DNA of 56,000 nucleotides from Lama guanicoe. Taxonomy: Eukaryota. Every line of letters begins with the position of its first letter. The first letter of the stretch is position 1. Location of the stretch: positions 86,193 to 142,192 of the forward strand of contig MU053821.1 in the NCBI GenBank assembly GCA_013239625.1, written 5' to 3'. The position numbers and the translations under genes were made by a program. Below, one piece after another: positions 37,251 to 47,245 of this stretch. The notes under the pieces are model-generated. The model ran no database searches. It was given only the letters and a program-made list of their open reading frames with translations, and was not told the origin of the DNA.

Positions 37251-38158
37251 GAGTTAATGACAGGGATGGGCAGACTTTGATTATTAGGCATAATGTCCAT
37301 TTGGGGAGTAAGATAAGCCAAAGCACATAACCCTGCCCATCTGGCAGGGAGGCACCGGTAGGCAAATTCACCACATACAAAATAAGTCCCGTTATTAGAA
37401 CACCATCTTTGTGTGGGTTGGCACCCTAGACCCATACAGTGAGAGGTTTTGATACATTGATTTATAGTTAGATTTCCCTCTAAAGGATTAGTTCCATTGT
37501 TGAAATAACATTCTGGTGCCTTGTAGGCGAGCTGTACCCAGTTCAGCCTGGAACTCCTAGTGGTAGAAATGGCATCGCTATGAGTTGTGGTGAAAGTCTT
37601 GGTGACGTTTGTCAGAGGTAAAGCCAGGTGTTGGATGCGGCCAGAACGCAAGCATAGCCAGCAATCTTTAGCCAGGTTTGGATTGGAATGATTGAGAATC
37701 CCATGGACTGCTGCTAACAGTCCATTTATTTGTGGATCCAGATCCCATGGCTCGGCTAAAGATGGAAGTTTTATTGGCTTCCAGGTAGGTAATAACTTCT
37801 GGTGTTGCCTCTGGACTGTTTGTTGGACTGCTTGCCAGCGTGCCTGGTCCTGTACCCTTCCTCCATCATTCATCCCATAATGTGTTTGCTTGGTCCAGCA
37901 TACCAGCTTGCCGGGTGTGCCATAGCATTTGATGCTAGATACATAATAAATCTTAATTGTGCCAATCCAGTAGAATTTTCCCTGATATGTGCACTCTGAA
38001 GCGGAGTCATAGCATTGACTCGGCTGATAAGTATAAGCTGAAAATACAGGCCGGTACATGGAGGACCTGTCACCCGGTTCCATGCGGGTGCATTGTACAG
38101 CCAAGGAGAGTGAGGGCATTAGCATCAGTAACATCAGCCTTATGATTATCTTAGACAT
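37130..38158 (-). CDS. env: Open 342-aa truncated Env: signal peptide, complete SU and an out-of-frame basic tail (expression unknown)
   Basis: ATG start, hydrophobic signal LMLLMLMPSLSLA, NDGGRVQDQAR (SDGGGxxDxxR-like), CWLC motif, YFVCGEFAYRCLPARWAGLCALAYLTP, several NxS/T sequons. Confidence 0.8.
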   Translation of the reverse strand: MSKIIIRLMLLMLMPSLSLAVQCTRMEPGDRSSMYRPVFSAYTYQPSQCYDSASECTYQGKFYWIGTIKIYYVSSIKCYGTPGKLVCWTKQTHYGMNDGGRVQDQARWQAVQQTVQRQHQKLLPTWKPIKLPSLAEPWDLDPQINGLLAAVHGILNHSNPNLAKDCWLCLRSGRIQHLALPLTNVTKTFTTTHSDAISTTRSSRLNWVQLAYKAPECYFNNGTNPLEGNLTINQCIKTSHCMGLGCQPTQRWCSNNGTYFVCGEFAYRCLPARWAGLCALAYLTPQMDIMPNNQSLPIPVINSPASMENKTSYKIDPLASGARSGSRSRHRNRGITSSSHYY

Positions 38159-38322
38159 GATGCTGTGGTGATGGCACTAATTATAAGAAGATATAAAATA
38201 GCTATCAGGATTCTATGACCTATGTTCCACTCAGGTGGGGCGGCACTAGTTAGCCCCACTGCTAGTACGCAGACTGGTATAGAAAACAAGGAAAGAGGCA
38301 AGGGAGCACAAAAGAAATACAT
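38146..38322 (-). CDS. Hypothetical 58-aa membrane micro-protein between pol and env
   Basis: Hand translation: MYFFCAPLPLSLFSIPVCVLAVGLTSAAPPEWNIGHRILIAILYLLIISAITTASCLR*. Below the ORF-track size cutoff; overlaps the env ATG. Confidence 0.3.
   Translation of the reverse strand: MYFFCAPLPLSLFSIPVCVLAVGLTSAAPPEWNIGHRILIAILYLLIISAITTASCLR
38274..38320 (-). promoter_or_regulatory. Candidate env splice acceptor
   Basis: About 40 nt of pyrimidine-rich sequence ending ...TTTTCTATACCAG (AG at 38275-38274). No ATG lies between it and the env ATG at 38158. Confidence 0.55.
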
Positions 38323-38345
38323 TTAAAAGCTGCGTTGAGCTTTCC

Positions 38346-41300
38346 TCAAGCTTCGGCCGTGCGTTGACTAGCCAGCTTCCGGGTGTGGCTAGAGTAGGGC
38401 TCGTCGATCCTTTTCTGGTCCCTCTTGATCTTGATCTTGAGTGGGTCTCCCGGGACACTCTCAATTTTCCAGGGACCCTCTGTCTGAGGTGCAGTCGCTC
38501 TCTTGACTCTGGAGTGGTGGATCCAAGGGACAATTCCTGCAACTTTAACAGCTGTAGGAGTAGTTAATACCACTAAATATGGTCCCTTCCATGTTGGTTT
38601 GAGAGGTTCCTTTTTCCAATCCTTCACCCATACCTGGTCACCTGGTTTATGGGGATGCACTTGAACCCCTAATGAAATGGGGGTTTTCTCTATCACCCAA
38701 CCCCAAACTTCTCGTAGTACTTTTCCTAGTCCCAACAGTTGTTGGTGGAGCCCTAGATTTCCTATTTCTGGGGTGGGGTTTCTCATCCTGACTAAAGGTG
38801 GCGGTCGCCCATAGAGGATTTCAAAGGGAGAGTACCCAATATTAAATCTTGGGGTGCATCTAATTCGCAACAGAGCCAGGGGTAGAATGTCCACCCAGGG
38901 AAGCTGGGTTTCTTGGCTGATTTTAGCTATAATTTGTTTTAGAGTTCTGTTCATTCGTTCTACTTTCCCTGAGCTTTGAGGCCGGTATGCTGTGTGTAGG
39001 TTCCAGCGNNNNNNNNNNNNNNNNNNNNNNNNNNNNNNNNNNNNNNNNNNNNNNNNNNNNNNNNNNNNNNNNNNNNNNNNNNNNNNNNNNNNNNNNNNNN
39101 NNNNNNNNNNNNNNNNNNNNNNNNNNNNNNNNNNNNNNNNNNNNNNNNNNNNNNNNNNNNNNNNNNNNNNNNNNNNNNNNNTGTTGTTGGACTAAACGAT
39201 AAGCTAGTCGTTCTGGGATGAAAACCCTTCCATCCGTCATGATCCACCATCCGTCCTTTCCTTTCTCTCCTCATTCAGCCTGTGCCCACTTGTTTTCATC
39301 GTGGCTATATTCTGGGGCAGTGGGTAGCTCTGGCGCTGCCATAGTATAAGCCGCTGTGTGTTCCCAGGCGGCTGCTTCTCTTGCCTTTTGATCAGCTAGC
39401 CTGTTCCCCTGGCTCACAGGATCATTTCCTCTTTGGTGTCTCTTACAGTGAATAATGGCCATTTCCTTTGGATCCCATACTGCCTCCAGTAACTGTAAAA
39501 TTTCTTCTTTGTTTTTGATTTCTTTTCCCCCAGCAGTCAAAAGTCCTCTCTCCTTATAGATGGCTCCATGTACATGCAAGGTTGCAAATGCTTATTTGGA
39601 ATCAGTGTATATATTGATTTGCTTTTCTTTCCCTTCACTTAGTGCCTGGACCAGTGCCCAGATCTCGGCTTGCTGATCACACCATCCTGGGGGAAGGGAC
39701 TCTGCCTTTATTACCTCTCAGGTTGTTGTTACAGTGTAACCTGCTCACCGTTGTCCATCTTGCATGTAACTGCTGCCGTCTGTGAAAAGTTCCAGGTCTG
39801 GGTTTTGCAGGGGCTTGTCAGTTAGATCAGGCATGCTTGCATACACCTCTTCAATGATTTCTTCACAGTTGTGGTCAGGCTGCCCTTCCCCCTCAGGCAA
39901 ATATGTGGCTGGGTTTAAGGCTTGCACAGTCTTTAGACGGACTCTTGGATTTTCACATAGAAGCCCCTGGTAGTGGGTCATCCTTGTGTTAGTTATCCAT
40001 TTGTAACCTGGGCCGTTCATCAGGGCCACCACAAAATGGGGCACTTTCACATTTAAAGTCTGTCCCAGTGTGAGGTTGTCTGCCTCATTGACCAGGAGGG
40101 CTGTGGCAGCGAGGGCCCATAAACAGGGTGGCCATCCTGATGCTACAGGGTCCAGTCTTTTAGATAAATAGGCCACAGGGAGCTGCCATGGCCCCACATT
40201 CTGAGTTAGGACTCCAAGAGCAGTTTGGTCTCTTTCATGTACAAACAGATTAAACTCTCGTGTTACATCTGGTAAGCCTAGTGCTGGGGCTTGAGTTTGT
40301 AGTTCCTTTAATTGCCTAACGGCATTTTCTTGTTCAGTTTCCCATTTGAGGGTTTCTTTTCCTGATCCAGCAGTTGCTTCATAGAAGGGCTTAGCTATTC
40401 TTGAAAACCCGGGGATCCAGATCCGGCAAAACCCAGCTGCGCCCAGGAACTCTCTCAGTTTCCTTTTTGTTTCCAGTCTGGGTATGGTGCAAATAACTTG
40501 TTTTCGTTCTGGTCCTAGGGCTCAGTGTCCCTCTGAGATAATAAATCCCAAGTATTTGACTGTCTTTTTGCAGATCTGGGCCTTTTTCCACAAGACCTTG
40601 TACCCAGTTGTTTGGAGTAACCCTAGGAGGGCTCAAGTTCCTTTCTAACAGTCCTCTTCAGTGGGGCTGGCTAACAGCAAGTCATCCACATACTGGAGCA
40701 GAGTACAGTTCAATGTTTCCCCAGGGAATTTTACAAGGTCTGCGGCTAGTGCCTCTCCGAACAAGGTGGGGGATTTTTTAAAGCCTTGGGGGAGACGTGT
40801 CCATGTCAGTTGAGTTTTTCCTCCTGTATGGGGATCCTCCCATTCAAATGCGAATATGGGCTGGCTCACAGGTTAGAGTCGAAGACAGAAGAAAGCATCT
40901 TTAAGGTCTAGGCATGTAAACCATTTGGCATCTGCCGGAATGAGGCCCAGAAGAGTGTATGGATTTGGCACTGCTGGATGTATTGTAGTGACTACTTCAT
41001 TTAGTTTTTGTAAGTCCTGCACTGGCCTATAATCTGTTCCTTCTGCTTTCTTCACTGGGAGCAACGGTGTGTTCCAGGGAGATCTGCACTCAGTTAGGAT
41101 TCCCTCTTGTCTGAGGCACTGTATATGTTTCTGGATTCCTAGGTGGGCCTCTCGAGGCATGGGATATTGCTTCTGTCTGACTGGGATAGCTCCAGGTTTG
41201 AAGTCAATCACCAGTGGTGCCTGATTATATGCCAAGCCTGGTGGTCCATTTTCAGCCCAGTCTAATGGCAACTCTTCCAGGAGTTTACAAGGATTTTCCT

Positions 41301-41721
41301 GGAGTTCTCTGCTCTCATACAGATGCCACTCTTCTTCTCAGGGAACTGAGATGGCTAGAATCGTAGACACTCCCTGTAGGGTCAGATATGCCTGTTTCCC
41401 GTGGACAAAGGTAATTTGTGCCCCCAATTTAGACAGAAGGTCTCTTCTGAGCAATGGTATCGGGCATTCAGGCAAATATAAAAATTCATGGGTCACTAGA
41501 TGGCCCCCTACTTGACAGGATCGTGGTTGGCAGAAATGGCGGGCAGTTGAGTCCCCAGTAGCCCCAATAATAGTCGCCTTTTTCTTGGTCAGGGGGGCTA
41601 CAGGTTGGGTCACCACAGAATACTCTGCTCCTGTGTCTACCATAAAAGTCATTGGTTGGCTCCCTATAAACATCTTGACCTTGGGCTCCCGGGGGTCCAG
41701 GGGCAGGGAGCCCGGTCTCTC
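38346..41721 (-). pseudogene. pol: pro-pol of provirus C (disrupted)
   Basis: Protease [39 protein letters not shown] and [10 protein letters not shown]; RNase H LFTDGSS; integrase PQSSGKVERMN and WKGPY. Multiple stops and frameshifts. Confidence 0.96.
39009..39181. other. Assembly gap (173 N) covering the integrase zinc finger and catalytic core
   Basis: Run of N between RLAYRLVQQ and WNLHTAYRPQSSG. Confidence 0.98.
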
Positions 41722-43267
41722 CTATTCTGAGTTAACCCCAGCCAGTCCGATGTGATTGCTGGCTGATGGCTCCAGCTGATAAGTAGGACTTTTAGGGAGT
41801 GCTCTCTTTCCATCCTTTCTGTTTGGGCACTTGTTCTTCCAGTGCCCTGTCTCCTGGCAGTATGCACACTGGTCTCGGCCCAGGGGCATCCATGGTTGGG
41901 GTCCCCTCTTCCGGGGTGGTGCAGGATTCTGGCTGAAGCCTGTTTTCCCCAGGGCTGCTGCAAGGAGTGCGGCTTTCTGCTTATCTGCTTCTCTTGGGCT
42001 TCCCGTTCTCGGTTTACAAAAACTTTGTTTGCTACTTCCAGCAGCTGTGTAGCGTTCATCCCTGCGAATCCATCCAGTTTTTGGAGTTTCCGGCGTATAT
42101 CTGGGTATGATTGGGCTATGAAGGCAGCGTTGACCATCTGTTGGTTTTCTTGGGCCTCATGATCAAAAGGAGTGTAGACTCAGAATGCTTCACATAGTCT
42201 CTCACAAAAGTCAGTGGGGGTTCCGTCTGGCCTCTGGGTCACCGTGGTCATTTTAGACATGTTAGTTGGCTTCTTGGCTCCTGCTTTTAGCCCTTGTAGG
42301 ATGGCCTCCCGGTAATCACGTAGTGCTTCTCTTCCTTCTTGAGTATTAAAGTCCCAATCTGGTCTGGTGTCAGGGGCACGTGTCATGGCCCACCCCTCAA
42401 CATCCATTGTGTCCCCAGGGGCTCGGCCCTGCAGCCATTTTCGTGCTTCAGTGAGAATGTGTCTCCTCTCTTCTGTATTGAAAAGAGTCAGAAGCAGCTG
42501 GCAGACATCTTCCCAGGTGGGCTGGTGAGAATGGAAGATAGACTCTACGAGGTCAATCATAGCCTGCGGCTTTTCAGAGTAGGAAGGAGTGTGATGGCAC
42601 CAATTGAGAAGGTCTGTGGTGCTAAAAGTTTGGTAGTAGAGTACAGGCTGAACAGTCCCATCTTGTGTCTCCCGCAGCGGCATTTGGAAGGCCGGTGGTG
42701 CTGGCTTCACGGCTTGTGCTGAGCGGAGTCTCCTTCCTATTGGCTCAGGCTGGGGGCTGGGCTCTGCCTCTGGGTCCTCAGGTTGGGAATGTGGTGACAC
42801 AGAGGGTGGTGGTGTCTCCAATGGGACTGGAGCTGTTTGTGCCTTGGGAGCATATGGAGGGGGCAGGCACATCTCGTCTTCTGCGTCTCCCTGGAAAATC
42901 AGCTTTTTTCTGTCTGTCTTTTTGGCCTGGACCAGCTGAGCTGCTAATATCTTGCATTGTCCAGGTCCATTTGAGCAAAACCGAATCCACGGGTGTAGAG
43001 TGTGGGCAATATTCAGCCAGGACTCAATGTAAGGGAATTGATCTGTGTGGCCTGGGGTTCCAGTGATTTATTTGATAGACTGCTCCCATTGTTGCTAGGT
43101 CCGGAGTTCCTCCTGAGGGCCACCCAGCTCCAAAGGCCGGCCATTCAAGCTCACACAGTGTGGAGCCTGCCAGGGGTCATTCAAATTCCATAGTCTCCTG
43201 AGAACCCCTTTTTGAAATTCTTAATCATGCAGTCTAGAGTGGTGGGTTTTGACTTAGAGCCTCCCAT
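41722..43267 (-). pseudogene. gag: gag of provirus C (disrupted), ending in a read-through-type TAG
   Basis: MGGSKSKPTTLDCMIKNFKKGFSGDYG start, PPPY late domain, FSTTDLLNW, MHR QRPDGTPTDFCERL, CAYCQETGHWKNKC knuckle, TAG at 41724-41722 in frame with protease. Confidence 0.95.
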
Positions 43268-44062
43268 TCTTTTTAGATATTTAAGGATAATAGTTCTGTT
43301 GCTTTAGATGTTTCAGAAGGTAGCCTTTATACCTTTTTCTTTTTCACTCTTCAAAACACCGGAGTTCCCAGAGAGACTGCTCTCTTGTTGGGTCTATGAG
43401 TTGTTTTAAGGCTAACTTGGTCAGGGAATCTGGGTTCCAGTCACAGCTGATGTCTCTGGATCTCAACGCCTCAAGCAGTTTCACGGACTTTCTCAAAGAA
43501 ATAGCATCCTAGCCTCCGAGGGCACAGGGGCATTGACTCATTGGCTGTCTATGTCCTTTCCCCTCCCAGTGTAGCCACCCTATGCCAGTGTCACAGACAA
43601 GACAAGGGAGGGTTTTCGTTGCATCTGCCTGGCCACTCCCCTCACGGGGACGAAGGTGCCTCTTAGCTTTGGCGGGTCAGTATAAGCCGCTGACTCCGAT
43701 CGGGGCCCTGAGGGACTGATATCACCCTGAGCTGTATGAGGTCACCACTGAACCGCAGGTTGGGACTTGAATTCCGTAGCAGAATGCCATGGAGATACAA
43801 ACTCAAGCCTGATCGCATGCTTCACAGGCCACTCATTGATTCACACACACACACACAGAGGTTAACAACAGTCCTCCCACCAATTCCAATATCCTGTTTT
43901 CTGTAGAAGGGGATCAGCCTCCTCTTCTGTCCACTGGGACAGGACCTGATTCCTGACCTGATTCCTGATTTCCCCATCTGAAATACCATCAGATGGAGAG
44001 CCTGAAGGAAGGGATCAGTTTCCTCTTCTGTCCAATGGGACAGGACCTGATTCCTCCCGGGA

Positions 44063-44072
44063 TCCTACCTTG
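44063..44072 (-). promoter_or_regulatory. Candidate major splice donor in the leader of provirus C
   Basis: CAAG|GTAGGA about 210 nt downstream of the PBS. Confidence 0.4.
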
Positions 44073-44277
44073 TCCGGACAGCCACCTGGTGAGTCTGTCC
44101 ATCCCTCCATGGAGTCTGGCTCTGGTTGTAGCCCAGCCACCCGGGGGGGGCCGAGTTGCCATCATGAAAGAGAACCCGGAATACCGTCAGGAGGCACCAC
44201 CTTGTTCGCTGCCGGAGTCTCATCCCCCGGTTGGCCGGAGGCACCAGTCCGGTGGCTCAAGGGGCCAGCGGGGTTGT

Positions 44278-44295
44278 ATCTCACTGGGGCCTCCA
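44278..44295 (-). other. Primer-binding site of provirus C, tRNA-Thr
   Basis: TGGAGGCCCCAGTGAGAT versus canonical TGGAGGCCCCAGCGAGAT (one CpG transition). Confidence 0.9.
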
Positions 44296-44299
44296 GAAA

Positions 44300-44731
44300 T
44301 GTTACAGAAACGACAGGCCAGCCAAGAAACAAGCACCACTCGGAGGGCTGGAGCACTCAGATGTGTTATGCCAGCGGGCTCAGAGGGGCTTCTGCTCTGA
44401 AGCTCTGAGCACCTCCAAGACGTGTGCATGAGGTTTTTTTATAGGGCTAATTACAAACTTGGGTATTTGGCCAATAGGCATGGAACAGCTTTAGCAACAT
44501 CATTATCACAAAAGTAGAGGCAGGGAGGCAGGAAACCAACATTTCAAGGCCAGATATGTCTCTTTGAAAATCCAGCTTGCTAGCAAAAAACATGAACAGG
44601 GAATCAGCAAACCAACAATAATTAACTCAGATTTACAAGTCAGCCCAGCAGAACTCAGATCAGTAATCTGACACTTGTTACACTTAGATTTGTGAGTTAG
44701 CTTGTTAGCCCAGCTGGGCTTTTCCTTCACA
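44300..44731 (-). repeat. 5' LTR of provirus C (promoter; polyA signal mutated)
   Basis: Aligns to 36204-36631. TATAAAA at ~44437-44443 and an inverted CCAAT are retained. AATAAA reads AACACA at 44362-44367. Confidence 0.96.
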
Positions 44732-46404
44732 CTCTCACCGCATTTAAAAACTAAAGCATCTGCCTTATCTGACTATTGTTGCTCCATCAACTTTTCTGAT
44801 TGTCATTTCTCTCTTACCCCATAGAGTTGTTGATCCCCAGATTCCATCCTCAATCCACTTCCCTTTTTGTTCCTTTTAGGTGAACTCATCTTTTCTATAG
44901 CTTCAATCACTACTTGGAACTTTCTGGTTTCTTAACCTCTATCTCTGGCCCAGATCTCCCTTAGGGACCTGGAGCTGCAGAGCCTGCATCATGCTGGACA
45001 TCTCTACCAGGTCTACCACGGGAACCTTGAAATCACCATGCTCCCATGAGTTCCCAATGTTTCTCTTCTTCCTGTTCCAGTTCCCATCTCACTTAATGAC
45101 ACTACAGTTCATCAAGTCACTGAAAATTGAGATCTCAAATTCATCCTGAAGTCTCTCTGCCTTTCTCTGGTCATGTTTGGCTATGTAGTCACTCTCTCTG
45201 CTACTACAGCCATTGGTGCATACCATTTTGACCCTTCCCAGGTCTTAGCAATAGCACTATAGCCCCCTGACTTTAGCCCATCTCTCCTCCAACACACCTT
45301 CTAAATGATTTAGAAAGAGCAATCTTTCTAAAACAGATCAAATTACTTATGCCTCAAATTAAAATTCTTAAATGTATCCCCTAACCCATAAGACAGAGTC
45401 TGAATTCCCTATAATGCATACAACATCCTTCACAATCAGCCTCTAACAGTTTTCAAATCTCCCACTTTTCCCTCTCTCATCCTCAATAGCTTGATTATAT
45501 TCCCAGCTAACCTTATGGTTCAGCCTTGATAGATTAATTTTTCATCTTGGATATGCCATTTCTTGTACCTCCATACCTCTGAGTACACTGTTTTCCATTC
45601 CTGGTAAATTTTTTTTCTTTGCCTGGTAAATTTTCATTCCTTCTGTTATATTCTCAAAGCTTGCGTATGTTCATTGTATAGTATCAATGTCTCCCCTTAT
45701 GCAGACAGCATTTAAGGTCATGAAGACTAACTCATATTCTGGAGTTTCCAGTACCTTCCAGGAACTTGACATTACTGGGCTGCTCACTTAAAATGCATTG
45801 AATCAGGAACTCATCAATAAATAATTAAAACATTTCTGCACTTTGTAAACTACTGAGATTATACCAACTCTTCATCCAGTTTTCACTTTAACAACTGTGG
45901 TCAGCTCACTTTCTTCTGCAGCCTGGTGATAATCATAATAGCAATATAACGATGAAATCTAATATGTGACTGGCATCTTTAATTGATTTCTCTCACAAAT
46001 TCCTTTTCACAAATTCTGAAGGTATAGAAGGGATACAGGGGTTCATATAAAAATTATGAGGCTCATTGGATCCCAGCTCTCCAATGACTAGAAAAGCAAT
46101 ACAGAAAGTGAGGCTAAGTTATGTGAGTGAGAACCCTGAAAGAGAACTTTGTTTATCCTATTCCATAAGTCATCTTCATTCTGAAGCCAGAGGTTTCTTG
46201 TTTTGTTAATTGACCTCCTTTGATACTGAACTTCACCCTACAGACTAGAGATCCCTTCTTTCACTTGGGAGATTGTCCTTGTAATGCAGAAATCCCAGAG
46301 AACAGTTCAGCCCTGCTATAAAACACAGTCCAGGGCCCACTATCTCAGCACAGGTTTAGAATAGGATGCTACTGTCTTCCTCTCATAAGAGGCCTTTGTG
46401 TGGC

Positions 46405-47245
46405 TTTTTCAAACCTTTTTACTTTGAAATAATTTCAAATTTGCAGAAAAGTTGCAATAGTGAAAAGATGCCCCTAAACTCTTAACACAGATTCATTGAT
46501 TATCATTTTGCTACACTCTTTAAACCACTTTGTCTCTCTCCTTTATTTATGAATCATTTTCTGAACACTTCCACCTCAGTTTATATTTCCTAAAAATTCA
46601 TTCTCTTATATAATCAAACTGCAATTATCAAATTTAGGAACTGAACATCAGTACACAGCTCTTATTACAGAAGCAAAAGTCCATACTTAAATTTTGCCAG
46701 TTGTTCAGTTAATGTCTTTTACAATCGTTTCCTGCCTCCTCACTGGGATCCAATGTCGGATCATACCCTGCTTTTTTTTTTTTTCTTGTCACTTCTCTTT
46801 AATCTGAAACAATAGTTCAGCTGTTCTCTCTTTCAAGATGTTTACATTTTGGAAGAATACAGACCAGCCAGTTTGTAGACTGCCTATCAATGGGGTTGGC
46901 TTGATGTTTTTTTCATGCTTAGAATCAGATCATTTATGTAAGGGATGTCGTGTCCTGGGTGCCTCACAGAGGAGGCATGTGATGTCTGCCAGTCCTATCA
47001 CTGGTGATGACTGTGACCGCTTGTTTCCCTGGATGCACCAGCTTTCTGTCCAGTGAAATGTGCATTTGCCCTTTGTAATTGACAAGTAACCTGTGAGGCT
47101 ATACTTCCAGACTCAAGTTTCCTGTTTCTCCTCAAATTTTCACTCCATGGTTTTGGCATTTCTTGATGAATCTTGCCTAAATCAATTATTTCTGTGATGT
47201 CAGCAAAAACCAATTTTATTGTTCCTTCTAACTCTATGATTTCTT
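46405..47245 (-). mobile_element. Ancient L1MC/MD-like 3' fragment
   Basis: TTTGAAATAATTTCAAATTTGCAGAAAAGTTGCAA start and typical antisense L1M 3' UTR segments (TTTTGGAAGAATACAGACCAG; TGGTTTTGGCATTTCTTGATGAATCTTGCCT). Confidence 0.7.

Larger units (their letters stand above)
36204..44731 (-). mobile_element. Provirus C: nearly full-length gammaretrovirus-like ERV1 (HERV-E/I/ERV3-like gag-pol, RDR-type env)
   Basis: LTRs 36204-36631 and 44300-44731, perfect 4-bp TSD CTCT, Thr PBS, PPT AAGAGGGGAAAA (36632-36643), gag-TAG-pro-pol-env order. Confidence 0.96.
36140..45830 (+). mobile_element. Ancient L2 split by provirus C (pieces ~36140-36203 and ~44736-45830)
   Basis: Decayed AFD.VD (GTAGCTTTGACAATGTTGACC) left of the provirus; GVPQGS-like segment (~44825) and an L2-type 3' region to its right. 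Confidence 0.7.

Noticed and set aside
36640..38158. env of provirus C as a functional syncytin
   Set aside because: Frameshifts before the furin site and several more in TM mean this sequence cannot encode a full-length fusogenic protein.
38246..38542. 98-aa Arg/Ser-rich ORF overlapping the integrase end as a Rev/Rex-like gene
   Set aside because: Starts at TTG and is an alternative frame of the Lys/Ile-rich IN tail plus the pyrimidine tract; there is no independent support.
38923..39274. ORFs containing X runs
   Set aside because: Artefacts of the N gap.
42180..42872. 230-aa Gag ORF as an Fv1-like restriction factor
   Set aside because: An internal fragment between frameshifts, truncated just after the MHR; no longer than other remnants in the element.
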